Part shown: in pieces, positions 18,950 to 29,700 of the stretch
How the letters are laid out: each line of letters starts with the position of its first letter
How positions within the stretch are numbered: the first letter of the stretch is position 1
Translations under genes and position numbers: made by a program
Notes under the pieces: model-generated
The model's database searches: none
What the model was told of the DNA's origin: nothing
Seen by the model: only the letters and a program-made list of their open reading frames with translations
Assembly: GCA_964410105.1 (NCBI GenBank)
Contig: CAYPFY010000012.1
Coordinates: 1-64,000 of the forward strand
Source of the DNA: an uncultured Chlorobiaceae bacterium
GTDB taxonomy: Bacteria > Bacteroidota > Ignavibacteria > UBA10030 > SZUA-254
Direction of reading: 5' to 3'
Length of the DNA stretch: 64,000 bases

Positions 18950-19588
18950 TTGCCTGATGGGCTAAACATTGCAGTCTTCGCATCGGGGAAGGGATCGAAC
19001 TTCAGATCATTGCTTGGCGCGATTGACTCAGGAACGATACCGAACACACGAATTGCCCTCCTTGTCAGCAACAATCCAAAGGCGGGTGCCCTTGAGACAG
19101 CTCGCGATAAGGGAATCCCGGTCCTCCGAATTAGTCTTGATCAATTCACGACAGAGGAGGAATACTGCTCCACTCTCATTGAAGCGCTTCGGAAGGACAG
19201 AGTTAACTTCATCGCGCTGGCGGGGTACATGAAGAAATTGAGCCCACGGCTCATCAGCAGGTACAGAAACCGAATCGTCAATATCCATCCGGCCCTCTTG
19301 CCGGCATTTGGAGGGCCGGGCATGTACGGCAAACACGTCCACGAAGCAGTTCTTGGAGCTGGGGCCACAGTCACCGGGGCGACGGTCCACTTCGTCGATG
19401 AGGACTACGACCATGGACCGATAATCCTACAGAGGAGCATCCCAGTACAGCCATCAGACACGCCTGAAACGCTTGCGGCACGAGTACTTACGCTGGAACA
19501 CGACCTCTATCCGGAAGCGATCCGGCTCATCGCTGAAGGCAAGGTATTGGTTGATGCCCAGCACGTAACCATTATGAACTCAGGATGA
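18950..19588 (+). CDS. purN: Phosphoribosylglycinamide formyltransferase
   Basis: NIAVFASGKGSNFRSLL and NIHPALLPAFGG motifs; apparent TTG start; 4-nt overlap with purH. Confidence 0.85.
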   Translation: MPDGLNIAVFASGKGSNFRSLLGAIDSGTIPNTRIALLVSNNPKAGALETARDKGIPVLRISLDQFTTEEEYCSTLIEALRKDRVNFIALAGYMKKLSPRLISRYRNRIVNIHPALLPAFGGPGMYGKHVHEAVLGAGATVTGATVHFVDEDYDHGPIILQRSIPVQPSDTPETLAARVLTLEHDLYPEAIRLIAEGKVLVDAQHVTIMNSG

Positions 19589-21126
19589 ATCTAATTACAA
19601 TTAAGCGGGCGATTTTCAGCGTTTCCGACAAAACGGGGATAGTAGAATTTGCACGCCGGCTGGAAAAATGGGGAGTCGAGATCATCTCGACTGGGGGAAC
19701 TTACCGAACATTGCGGGGTGCCGGTGTACAGGCGATCTCGGTGTCAGATGTGACTGGGTTTCCGGAAATACTCGACGGGAGGGTGAAGACGCTTCACCCA
19801 AAAATCCATGGAGCACTACTTGCGGCAACTGACAATCCGAATCATGCCCACCAGCTTGAGGAGTTGGGCATTCAACCCATCGATATGGTAGTCTCAAACC
19901 TCTATCCATTCGAGCGGACCATCACCGACAACGGCGTGGAGCTCGATCAAGCCATCGAGCAGATTGATATTGGAGGGCCGGCGATGTTGCGATCTGCGGC
20001 TAAGAATTTCAAGCATAAGCTTGTCATCGTGAACCCCCAACGATATCCTGTGGTAGCTGACCAAATGGATAAAAACGGTGGGGCTGTCGATGAAGCGACT
20101 CGATTTAACCTCGCGAAGGAAGTATTCCTGCACACAGCCCGCTACGACACGGTAATCCATGAGTATCTCGCCCGTCTCGTATCTGAGCGCAGCGAGCTAC
20201 CGGATCTGTTTTCTCTTTCCCTCTTGAAATCCGCTGACTTGCGATACGGGGAGAATCCTCACCAGAGCGCCGCGCTGTACGGGAAATTCGGGGACTATTT
20301 TACCAAATTGCACGGAAAGGATCTCTCCTACAATAATATCATCGACGTCCAGGCTGCTGCAGACCTCATCGATGAATTCTCAGAGCCTGTGGTGGCGATC
20401 ATCAAGCACACGAACCCCTGCGGAGTCGGGAAGGGGAACACGCTTTCAGAGGCATATGAGAAGGCCCTGGCGACCGACAGGAAATCGGCGTTTGGTGGAA
20501 TCGTCGGAACTAACCGACCGATGGAATTAAGCACAGCGCGCCTTATCGACGGCGTCTTCACCGAGATTATAATAGCGCCGGGATTCGACGATGAGGCATT
20601 GGCTTTCTTGCAGAAAAAGAAGGACCGTCGTCTCATCCGGCGCACACCCACGCCGCAGTCCCGGAAAGGTCTGGGAATAAAAAGAGTTGACGGGGGCGTG
20701 CTTCTTCAGACACTCGATGATACCACGGTACGCGAGCTGACCGTTGTCACGAAACGGCACCCTAACGACGAAGAGATGTCGGCAATGATTTTTGGGTGGA
20801 AGGTTGCCAAGCACGTGAAATCAAACGCCATTGTATATGCGCGCCCAGAACGAACGGTTGGAATAGGGGCAGGGCAGATGTCGCGATTTGATTCATCACG
20901 AGTAGCTGTGATGAAGGCGGCCGACGCAGGACTTGATCTACGCGGGACGGCTGTTGCCTCTGATGCATTCTTCCCATTTGCGGACGGCCTCCTTGAAGCG
21001 GTGAAGGCCGGCGCGACAGCGGTCATTCAGCCCGGTGGTTCGGTTCGCGATCAGGAAGTGATACGTGCTGCGGACGACAATAACATCTCCATGGTCTTCA
21101 CGGGCATCCGACATTTTAACCATTGA
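19585..21126 (+). CDS. purH: Bifunctional AICAR transformylase / IMP cyclohydrolase
   Basis: MGS-like N-terminus (RAIFSVSDKTGIVEFARRL...ISTGGT) and AICARFT domain; 513 aa. Confidence 0.95.
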   Translation: MNLITIKRAIFSVSDKTGIVEFARRLEKWGVEIISTGGTYRTLRGAGVQAISVSDVTGFPEILDGRVKTLHPKIHGALLAATDNPNHAHQLEELGIQPIDMVVSNLYPFERTITDNGVELDQAIEQIDIGGPAMLRSAAKNFKHKLVIVNPQRYPVVADQMDKNGGAVDEATRFNLAKEVFLHTARYDTVIHEYLARLVSERSELPDLFSLSLLKSADLRYGENPHQSAALYGKFGDYFTKLHGKDLSYNNIIDVQAAADLIDEFSEPVVAIIKHTNPCGVGKGNTLSEAYEKALATDRKSAFGGIVGTNRPMELSTARLIDGVFTEIIIAPGFDDEALAFLQKKKDRRLIRRTPTPQSRKGLGIKRVDGGVLLQTLDDTTVRELTVVTKRHPNDEEMSAMIFGWKVAKHVKSNAIVYARPERTVGIGAGQMSRFDSSRVAVMKAADAGLDLRGTAVASDAFFPFADGLLEAVKAGATAVIQPGGSVRDQEVIRAADDNNISMVFTGIRHFNH

Positions 21127-21156
21127 CACACACGAACAAACCTTTAAAATCAGCCC

Positions 21157-22182
21157 ATGAGTTTTCTTTCGATGTTTTCTGCAGACCTCGCCGTTGACCT
21201 CGGAACAGCCAACACCCTCATACACATGAAGGGCAAGGGTATCGTTCTCAATGAGCCTTCCATTGTTGCGTTCGACCGCAATACGAAGCGAATCGTCGCT
21301 ATTGGCAATGAAGCGCGCGAGATGTTGGGCAGAACGCACCGGGATATTCGAACCATCAGGCCGATGCGAGATGGAGTCATCGCTGATTTTGAAATCGCGG
21401 AAGGAATGCTGCGAGAGTTCATAAAGAAAGTACACTCGAACTGGCTGCCCAGCCGAAGGATCGTGGTCTGCGTGCCAAGCGGCGTGACGGAAGTGGAGAA
21501 ACGGGCCGTACGCGATGCCGCAGAGCACGCGGGGGCAAAGGAAGTACACCTGATCGCAGAGCCGATGGCCGCGTCGATTGGGATCGGGCTCGATGTCGAT
21601 GCGCCGGCCGGGAATATGATCGTGGACATAGGCGGGGGTACAACCGAAATTGCAGTGATTGCATTATCAGGCATTGTGAACGAAGAATCGGTCCGCATCG
21701 CTGGAGATGAGATGAACAATTCCATCATTCAATTCTTCAAGAAGAATCACAACATCCTCATAGGCGAACGCACTGCAGAAGCAATCAAATGCGAGGTCGG
21801 CTCGGCGATGCCGCTGAAGGAAGAGATCACCATTCAGGTGAAGGGTCGAGACCTCGTCAACGGAATACCTAAGACGACAGAAGCGAGTTCAGTTGAAATC
21901 CGTGAGTCATTGAACGAGCCGGTCCAACAAATTGTTGATGCGGTGAAACTCACCCTGGAGCGTACCCCACCTGAACTTTCGGCAGACATCCTTGATCGTG
22001 GGATCATGCTGTCGGGAGGGGGAGCCCTCTTGAAACAGCTCGACGAGCGATTGCGCCTGGAAACAAGCCTCCCGGTATACGTTGCAGAGGACCCTCTGAC
22101 AGCAGTTGTTCGGGGCACGGGAAAAGTGCTCGAGCACTTGAACCATTACAGCAAAGTTCTCATCAAGAGCCGGAGGTATTAG
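21157..22182 (+). CDS. mreB: Rod shape-determining actin homologue MreB
   Basis: DLAVDLGTANTLIHMKGKGIVLNEPSIVAF and full-length actin-fold match; 341 aa. Confidence 0.95.
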   Translation: MSFLSMFSADLAVDLGTANTLIHMKGKGIVLNEPSIVAFDRNTKRIVAIGNEAREMLGRTHRDIRTIRPMRDGVIADFEIAEGMLREFIKKVHSNWLPSRRIVVCVPSGVTEVEKRAVRDAAEHAGAKEVHLIAEPMAASIGIGLDVDAPAGNMIVDIGGGTTEIAVIALSGIVNEESVRIAGDEMNNSIIQFFKKNHNILIGERTAEAIKCEVGSAMPLKEEITIQVKGRDLVNGIPKTTEASSVEIRESLNEPVQQIVDAVKLTLERTPPELSADILDRGIMLSGGGALLKQLDERLRLETSLPVYVAEDPLTAVVRGTGKVLEHLNHYSKVLIKSRRY

Positions 22183-22228
22183 GACGTCGGGTTGAGAGTA
22201 ACCCACACGTGCGTGCCCTCTGCCCCCG

Positions 22229-23062
22229 ATGCGGAGATTCATAAACATACTGGTATTCTTCAAAGAGTATGTCGTCCTAAGCATTTTCATCGTCATCTCG
22301 ATCGTCCTCCTCGGTACCAACGATAACCGCCAGGTAAGATTCATCCGTTCCTATGCCGTTGGTCTGGTTGGAGCCATGCAGCACGCCCTTTCCGTAATTC
22401 CCAACGTGTTCGAGCTCAGGCACGAAAACGAAGTGCTTCGCCAGCTCAATGTCAACCTCTCCGATGAAGTCAACCGGCTCCGCGAGGCGCAGTTGGAGAA
22501 TGTCCGACTTCGCAGCATGATCGGCCTTCGAGAGCAGCGGGCATTTAACTTGGTTCCGGCGGATGTTGTGGGAAAAAGCCTCCATCTGCTCCGGAACACG
22601 ATTACTCTTGATGTTGGCGAGGCTGATGGCATCAAGACAGACATGCCGATGCTCGCAGAATCGGGTCTTGCTGGCAAGGTAATCGTGACGAGTCCCCATT
22701 ATTCCATCGGCCAATTGCTGATCAATAAGGATTTCCGGGCGAGCGCGAAAATTGAACGAAGCCGTGTCGACGGGATTATAGTTTGGGACGGGGGCGACCA
22801 TCTCCGGCTGACCAACGTTTCCAAGACCCAGGATGTCAAGGAAGGGGATATCGTCATGACTTCCGAATACAGCAATCTATTTCCGAGGAACATCAGAATC
22901 GGGACTGTGGCGCGAGTGGAAGAAAAGCCTGGTACGCTATTCAAGGACGTTGACGTCGCGCCCGGAGTCGATTTCTCGTCACTCGAGCAGGTATTCGTCG
23001 TTGCCGCTACGGCGGATAGCGAACGCGTCCAGCTGGAAAGAAGGGCGGTGCGAACAAAGTGA
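22229..23062 (+). CDS. mreC: Rod shape-determining protein MreC
   Basis: N-terminal TM, coiled coil, C-terminal beta domain; position between mreB and mreD. Confidence 0.8.
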   Translation: MRRFINILVFFKEYVVLSIFIVISIVLLGTNDNRQVRFIRSYAVGLVGAMQHALSVIPNVFELRHENEVLRQLNVNLSDEVNRLREAQLENVRLRSMIGLREQRAFNLVPADVVGKSLHLLRNTITLDVGEADGIKTDMPMLAESGLAGKVIVTSPHYSIGQLLINKDFRASAKIERSRVDGIIVWDGGDHLRLTNVSKTQDVKEGDIVMTSEYSNLFPRNIRIGTVARVEEKPGTLFKDVDVAPGVDFSSLEQVFVVAATADSERVQLERRAVRTK

Positions 23063-23547
23063 TAGGCAGGTCTGTAAAATACCTCCTGCTATCGATCGTA
23101 TTCATTGTCATTCAGACTCAACTGATGCGCCTCCTCAGCCTCGAAGGGATCACTCCCGATATTCTTACCATATGGATAGTTTATATCGCATTGAGAGAGG
23201 GACAGCTCCTAGCAACAGCGGGGGGCTTTGTTGTCGGATTGGCATTTGATCTTGCCACTGGCAGCTTCATTGGTCTCTCCGCTCTCTCGAAAACCGTGTG
23301 CGGATTCGTTGCGGGTTACTTCTATGGCGAAAATAAGGCCCAGATGATCCTGGGGAGCTATCGCTTCATCGTTATCGTGCTGATCGTTTCTCTCGTTCAC
23401 AACACTCTTTACTTTGTAGTTTTCACCCAGGGAAGTGACATTGGTTTGCTGTACGCGATCTTCCAGATGGGGTTAGCAACGACATTCTACACCGCTGCGC
23501 TGACCCTGTTGCCGATGTTTGCATTCGCTCGACGGTTCCTCGCATGA
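23059..23547 (+). CDS. mreD: Rod shape-determining protein MreD
   Basis: 162-aa polytopic membrane protein overlapping mreC stop and mrdA start. Confidence 0.7.
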   Translation: MIGRSVKYLLLSIVFIVIQTQLMRLLSLEGITPDILTIWIVYIALREGQLLATAGGFVVGLAFDLATGSFIGLSALSKTVCGFVAGYFYGENKAQMILGSYRFIVIVLIVSLVHNTLYFVVFTQGSDIGLLYAIFQMGLATTFYTAALTLLPMFAFARRFLA

Positions 23548-25358
23548 CAGAGCTTGATCGACAAACCTCTCGGAATTCGATATTCTACTTGGCGATTGGC
23601 GGCATTTTCTTGGTCTTCCTGATCCGTCTCTTGCAGCTCCAGTTTCTCTATCAAGACGTCTATGGAAAGAAATCAGAGGAGAACAGTATTCGGCCCATTG
23701 CCCGGGAACCTATCCGGGGACTCTTTTTTGACCGTCACGGAAATCTCCTCGTCGACAACAGGCCCTCCTACACGTTGACCGTTACCCCGTCCGAGTTTCG
23801 GCCGTCAACCATTGAATACCTTGCCGAGATCCTCCGGCTGGATACATCGTTTATCAAGGATAGGGTTAAGAAAGGCAAGCTTTACAACCGGTTCGCTCCG
23901 GTCAAAATAAAGCGGGACATCGATTTTCAAACCCTGTCGATCATAGAGGAAAATCGTGATAAGCTCCCTGGGGTTGATTATCAGATCGAGTCGAAGCGAT
24001 TCTATCCCAGCAAGGCAAAGGGCACGCACCTTTTCGGTTATGCGAAGGAGGTATCGGACGCCCAAGTATTGGCGAAGCCGGAGGAATACCGTCCGGGGGA
24101 CAACATCGGTGCCACGGGGCTTGAGGCGGAATATGAGGAACACCTGAGAGGTCACAAAGGTTACGAGTTTATAACCGTCAATGCCAAGGGCCAGATGCTG
24201 GGAGCATATAATGAAGGGAGGAGCGATATTCCTGTGAAGGAGGGCAATGATCTCTACCTTGCCATTGACGCTGGAGTGCAGGCTCTCGCGGAATCTCTCC
24301 TGGCCGAGCGGCGGGGGGCAGTTGTCGCCATAGACCCCGACGATGGGGGGGTAATTGCCCTGGCCAGCAAGCCCGACTATGACCTGATGGAATTCGGCAG
24401 CGTGACCCCCCCTGATGTTTGGAACGCTCTGAATACAGATCTAAGCAAGCCGCTTTTCAACAGAGCGACGCTTACGCGGTATCCCCCTGGTTCAACTTTC
24501 AAGATGATCCTCGCCGCTGCGGCGCTTGAGGAGGGAGTCATCACGGACGGCTGGCGAATCCAGTGCGCCGGCGGGTTCCGATACGGCAACAGGGTCTTCA
24601 AGGACCATCTCACCCACGGATCAACGAATGTGGTTGAATCGATACAGAGATCGTGCAATGTCTTTTATTACCAATTGATGTTGAAGACAGGACTTGAGCG
24701 TTGGACACGGTATGGGGAACAGTTTGGTTTTGGCGAAAAAACCGGGATCGACATCGGCGAAGAAACAGATGGCCTTCTTCCATCCGAGGAGTACTTTGAT
24801 CGAGTCTACGGTAAAGGTCGGTGGACGCAGGGTTACCTGGTAAGCCTTGCGATAGGGCAAGGTGAGGTCGGGGTTTCTCCCCTTCAAATGGCATGTTATG
24901 CCGCTGCGCTGGGGAACAAGGGGACATATCGTCAACCCCACGTGGTGGAAAAAATCCGCGATAAGGAGACAGGACAGTTTCAGCTGGTCGACGGTGAAAC
25001 GAGGAAGATAGAACTGTCAGCTCATGTTTGGGATTTGATTCACCAGGGAATGTATCGGTGCGTGAACGAGGCAGGTGGAACCGCTCTGAGTGCGCGAGTT
25101 CAGGGTATTTCGGTGGCGGGAAAGACGGGGACGGCACAGAATCCGCACGGGAAGGACCACGCCTGGTTCATAGGGTTCGCCCCTGTCGACCATCCCAAGA
25201 TAGCGATTTGTGTTCTCGTCGAGAATGCGGGTTTTGGAGGAGTGATTTCCGCACCCATTGCAGCGATGTGCATTGAGCAATACCTTTACGGTCACCTCAT
25301 CCGCGGCAAGCAGAATCTGGATGCGATCGCGCAGAAAGAGCAGATGTCTGATCATTGA
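23544..25358 (+). CDS. mrdA: Penicillin-binding protein 2 (elongasome transpeptidase)
   Basis: PBP dimerisation domain plus transpeptidase motifs (STFK, SCN, KTGT); 604 aa. Confidence 0.9.
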   Translation: MTELDRQTSRNSIFYLAIGGIFLVFLIRLLQLQFLYQDVYGKKSEENSIRPIAREPIRGLFFDRHGNLLVDNRPSYTLTVTPSEFRPSTIEYLAEILRLDTSFIKDRVKKGKLYNRFAPVKIKRDIDFQTLSIIEENRDKLPGVDYQIESKRFYPSKAKGTHLFGYAKEVSDAQVLAKPEEYRPGDNIGATGLEAEYEEHLRGHKGYEFITVNAKGQMLGAYNEGRSDIPVKEGNDLYLAIDAGVQALAESLLAERRGAVVAIDPDDGGVIALASKPDYDLMEFGSVTPPDVWNALNTDLSKPLFNRATLTRYPPGSTFKMILAAAALEEGVITDGWRIQCAGGFRYGNRVFKDHLTHGSTNVVESIQRSCNVFYYQLMLKTGLERWTRYGEQFGFGEKTGIDIGEETDGLLPSEEYFDRVYGKGRWTQGYLVSLAIGQGEVGVSPLQMACYAAALGNKGTYRQPHVVEKIRDKETGQFQLVDGETRKIELSAHVWDLIHQGMYRCVNEAGGTALSARVQGISVAGKTGTAQNPHGKDHAWFIGFAPVDHPKIAICVLVENAGFGGVISAPIAAMCIEQYLYGHLIRGKQNLDAIAQKEQMSDH

Positions 25359-26578
25359 CTATGGGGAATTGGCTGAAGGAAAATACGGATTTCACGACGC
25401 TCGGCATCGTTGTGATCTTGCTCGGGATAGGCATACTCTCGGTCTACAGCGCAACGTATGATGCAGGAGCATCGTTATATTTCAATCGGCAGGTCATTTG
25501 GGCATGCATCGGACTCCTGCTGATGTTTTCGATCATGCTCCTCCCCTTCCGAACGATTCAGTTTCTCTCCTATCCGCTCTATGGGATTTCAATCATTATC
25601 CTCATGGTAATTCTTGTTGCCGGAAAGGTCGTTGCTGGCTCCAAGAGCTGGTTTGGGATCGGGGGTCTCGGATTGCAGCCATCCGAAGTGGTCAAAGTCA
25701 CCACAATCCTTGCGCTTGCCTATTATCTCGCGCAGCGGCATGTAAACCTCAGCCGACTCAAACACATCTTTGTAACCTTTGGAATCGTCCTGCTCCCAGT
25801 CATCCTCATCGCCCTTCAGCCCGATTTGGGCACCGCTATCATCTATATCGGGATACTTGTCGTCGTCCTCTTTTGGGCAGGGGCATCAACATTTTTCATG
25901 CTTGCGTTGCTCGCGCCGCCCGCCGTCGTCATTGCAACGTTATTTGGAACTACGGCCTTCGTCTGCGTCGTTCTCTTCACTTTCATCGCCTTGGTGCTCC
26001 TAAGAGAAAATCGCCTCCTCTCGGCTTTTGTCTTCTCCGTGACAGTCCTGATGGCCGCCTCTGTCCAATTCATATTCGGCAAGCTTGCTCCACATCAGCA
26101 GAGGCGAATCCTAACATTTCTCAATCCCGATGCCGATCCTCTCGGTTCGGGTTACAACGTAATCCAATCAAAGATCGCCATAGGTTCCGGCGGACTCTTC
26201 GGAAAGGGATATCTCCAAGGGTCCCAGACGCAACTGAACTTCCTCCCCGCACAATGGACGGACTTCATCTATTGTGTTCCGAGCGAAGAATTCGGATTTC
26301 TGGGCGCATTCACGATTCTCCTCCTGCTCACGCTTCTCCTCATTCGAGGAGTGCAGATCGCCTCAATGGTGAGGAGCCGATATTCCAGCATCGTCGCAAT
26401 TGGAGTCGTCGGAGCGCTGTCCGTGCACACCCTGATCAATATTGGAATGGCCATGGGAATCATGCCGGTTGTGGGCGTCCCCCTTCCCTTCATGAGTTAC
26501 GGCGGATCAAACCTGCTCACGAATCTCATAATGGCTGGACTTTTGCTGAACATGTACGCCAATCGGAAAGAATACTAG
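25355..26578 (+). CDS. rodA: Peptidoglycan polymerase RodA (SEDS family)
   Basis: FtsW/RodA/SpoVE family (GLGLQPSEVVK, SEEFGFLGA, PFMSYGGSN); 4-nt overlap with mrdA. Confidence 0.9.
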   Translation: MTMGNWLKENTDFTTLGIVVILLGIGILSVYSATYDAGASLYFNRQVIWACIGLLLMFSIMLLPFRTIQFLSYPLYGISIIILMVILVAGKVVAGSKSWFGIGGLGLQPSEVVKVTTILALAYYLAQRHVNLSRLKHIFVTFGIVLLPVILIALQPDLGTAIIYIGILVVVLFWAGASTFFMLALLAPPAVVIATLFGTTAFVCVVLFTFIALVLLRENRLLSAFVFSVTVLMAASVQFIFGKLAPHQQRRILTFLNPDADPLGSGYNVIQSKIAIGSGGLFGKGYLQGSQTQLNFLPAQWTDFIYCVPSEEFGFLGAFTILLLLTLLLIRGVQIASMVRSRYSSIVAIGVVGALSVHTLINIGMAMGIMPVVGVPLPFMSYGGSNLLTNLIMAGLLLNMYANRKEY

Positions 26579-26737
26579 CCTCCATTTTCGACCTGACAGC
26601 GCTAACCCATCGCGCAGTTTTCCCCTGAAGTAACGAATAACCCGCGCACCCGTAGTCGCCCGCCGCTCAGCCTCTCTCTTCTCCATCTACGAACGGAAGT
26701 GAATCCCTCACACCAAATGCCATGACCCCGCGAATCC

Positions 26738-29700
26738 TTATTTTATCAGCGCGATTCTCCGGACAGCAGAATAGATAACTTTTCCCCCGTCATCAGCCAC
26801 CGAGATTCGCAAGAAATACAAACCGGTGGGCTGCTTGCTGCCGTCCCATGTCACCTCATAATAACCCGGGTCTCTCCACCGATTCTCTAGGAGACCAACA
26901 TCCTCGCCGAGGAGGTTATAAATCACAATTGAAACAAATCCGGGAGCTTCCAATTGATAGTTTACCTTTGTCGAGGGATTGAAGGGATTGGGAAAACTCT
27001 CACACAGTTTTGTCTCAGTAGGAGCGTCCGGAGTTCCGGGGAGGGGAAGAGGGGATTGCTTCGTCAGCAGAGCTCCGTCGCCGGAGATCACGCAGACCTT
27101 GTTAGAGTAGGGGGAGGTTTGGTTAAAATTGTCAGTCGCGCTCACTGCGTAGTAGTACGCCGTTTGGGCCGCTTGCCCAGACGATTTCGACCACACCTTC
27201 ACCGTAAAATCGACATATGACCTCTCTGATGACACGAATCGAGGATACAGGCGACCGGCACAATCCCCCTGATTGACGTCACACTGATACGAGGCGAGGG
27301 TGTAGATGACATTGGAACCTCCACTAGTCCAACTGAGGAGCGGGTGTTTCGGGTAGGTTCTGCCAAAATCAGAATAGGAGAGCGTCGGGGCAGACGGAGG
27401 CGGCGGGGCTGAATTCAGATCCTTCACCTGAAGAGAGAAGGGAGGACCGGAAGCCGACAGATCGATGAACGACCGCTCGTCCGAGGAACTAAGTGGAACG
27501 ATGATATTGGGTGAAGTTCCCCCGGGATCGACCAGATACGAATTTCCCCAGCATCTTGAGCGGTATTGCGCACACATTATTCCCGAACTTGTTGACCAGA
27601 GCAGCGTAAGGTCGTCAGCCTTCAGACTGCTGTACCGATAGGCTGTCACAGATGGGGCGGATACACCTAGTCCGGCTCCGACGGTAACAGTTGGATTGAG
27701 AACAGTAGTAATACATTGCCCGCTTCTTTTCTGGACCCGAATCTCGCTCACCGGGCTGGAAGGATTCGAAGAATCTAGAAACTCCCAGGCTATCGTGACA
27801 TTTGATGATCCGTCGATGGCAATGACGGGTTTGCTGTTGACCGCTGTTGGAGAGTTCCCCGCGATGGAATAGATGGTGTTATTGTCCCAGTTGATCTTCA
27901 CGGCGTCGGGCGGCCACGGATCAGGATACAGTGTCCCCCGAATCAACTTGATGCCTCCATCTGGAGAAGGCCTGGGATCGGAATAGACCAGGTAGATAAC
28001 ATACTGCGGTTTGACAGCCGGCTGAAGATCGACGGCGATGGAAAGGGTCGAGGGGCTGGCCATCTTGTCAATGAACTTGGGATAAAGATTGTCGGTTGTC
28101 CATCGCCATACTCCCGTTGAATTGACAGTCTCACCCAACCCGACGCTAATCGATGCTCCGTTTCTCCATGCGGCTGCCAGGACGGCGGGGGTTGTGGAGC
28201 CTGAAGGTGACCATGCTCCAACGGGAAGCAACTCAAATCGAGTATCGAGATTCGGAATCAGGTCGACGACAATCGGTGCATTGATCCGATCGGGATAGAG
28301 GGTATGCTGGATGACGTGATCGCGGGTAGACAAGTTCACGCTCTCGTTGAATATATCCAGATATCGATTGTTAGGATTCTGAGCGAGGGACGGGTTGCGA
28401 GAAACATTTGGGTCATCCGGGCTTCCGCCGAGCCGTTCTTCCCTGATCCAATCCTTCAACGTCGGCTCCCAGGTCGAGACATAGGCACCGTTTCCGCTTT
28501 CGAAAACGAGGGCTCTCGTCGGTGCATAGGATATATTGGCGTCAGCAAGTTTATATTGTCCATTTGAAGACAGTGCACTTGTAGTTGAGGCAGCCATGTG
28601 CAGACCTTGCGCATGGAGAACGTCCGATGGCACACCCTCCTCGGTGCCGTTGAGAGCTGTGACCTGGTACGCGTACTTTTGCTGAAGGAGGGGCACGTAG
28701 TCGATAAAGGAAACAGAAGGGGTGACCGCGGCAAAACTCGGGCACGATTCGCCTGGCGAGGTACGGTAAACCTTGTACGAGGTCGCGCCTGCAACCGCAT
28801 GCCAGCTAAGAGATATCGAGGAAGGGTCTTCTCTTGCAACGACGTTTGAGGGAGCTGCCAGGTTGCAGGTCATAGGGGTGGTCACCGAGAGTTCTGAGGA
28901 ATAGGGCGAGTAACGATTTCCACTGAATGCTCGGATTCTATACGTATATGTCGTGGCGGGGTCGACACAGAAATCCGCGAATTGAACCGAATTGGGACCG
29001 AGGCTTGCAATCTCCTCATATGGGCCATTCGCCGTTTTTCTCTCAACCTTGAACCCCTGCTCAAACGCTGCTTCATCCGTAAAAGTAATTGTAACCTCTT
29101 TGAATGAGGGGTTGGATGCGGAAAGATTGCTCGGCCGTCCCAAATAGGGCCTGCCGAGGTTTTCCCGGAGCCATTGCATGATCTTGGACTTGCTGTCGCC
29201 CGTCAACTCGATATGTTTATGGGTTGACGTCTGCGCCAAAGTGTCATCAAACCAACTATTACCTCCGACGAGCGAACCGTCAGATATGCGAGAAAAGCCA
29301 TCCAGGTCGAGAGCGCTTTCTGTCGGGGTATACCCTGGATTGAAGTATACGCGGAACCTCCATCCCCCGCCGGCCCTGAACAGCGCTCCTCCGAGGCCGT
29401 CGTCTACTATGTCCTTGAATCCCTGGGTGCTTAATCGTGTGAGATCCTCGGCAAATGTTGACCCGGGCCAGACATCTCGGTTCTCCACCGTGATGTGTCG
29501 GGTAAACTTCACCACCGGAATCGTTGCGATCGAGAGGATGCTAACATTCCCATAGATAGTGATAAGACCAAGATCATCACTCGTGGTTTTCCCAGGATAA
29601 ATTGTGGTTCGGTTCCCATTGGAGATTGAGAAATTCCTGCTTTGACGCGGATATCCGTTGGTGTGCCCGACACTTGGATCCTCATTGTGGAGGGAGTTGA

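Noticed and set aside
25498-26628. 376-aa ORF on the plus strand overlapping rodA in an alternative frame
   Set aside because: Arg/Pro/Ser-rich low-complexity translation typical of off-frame reading of GC-rich coding DNA. rodA in the other frame has full-length family similarity.
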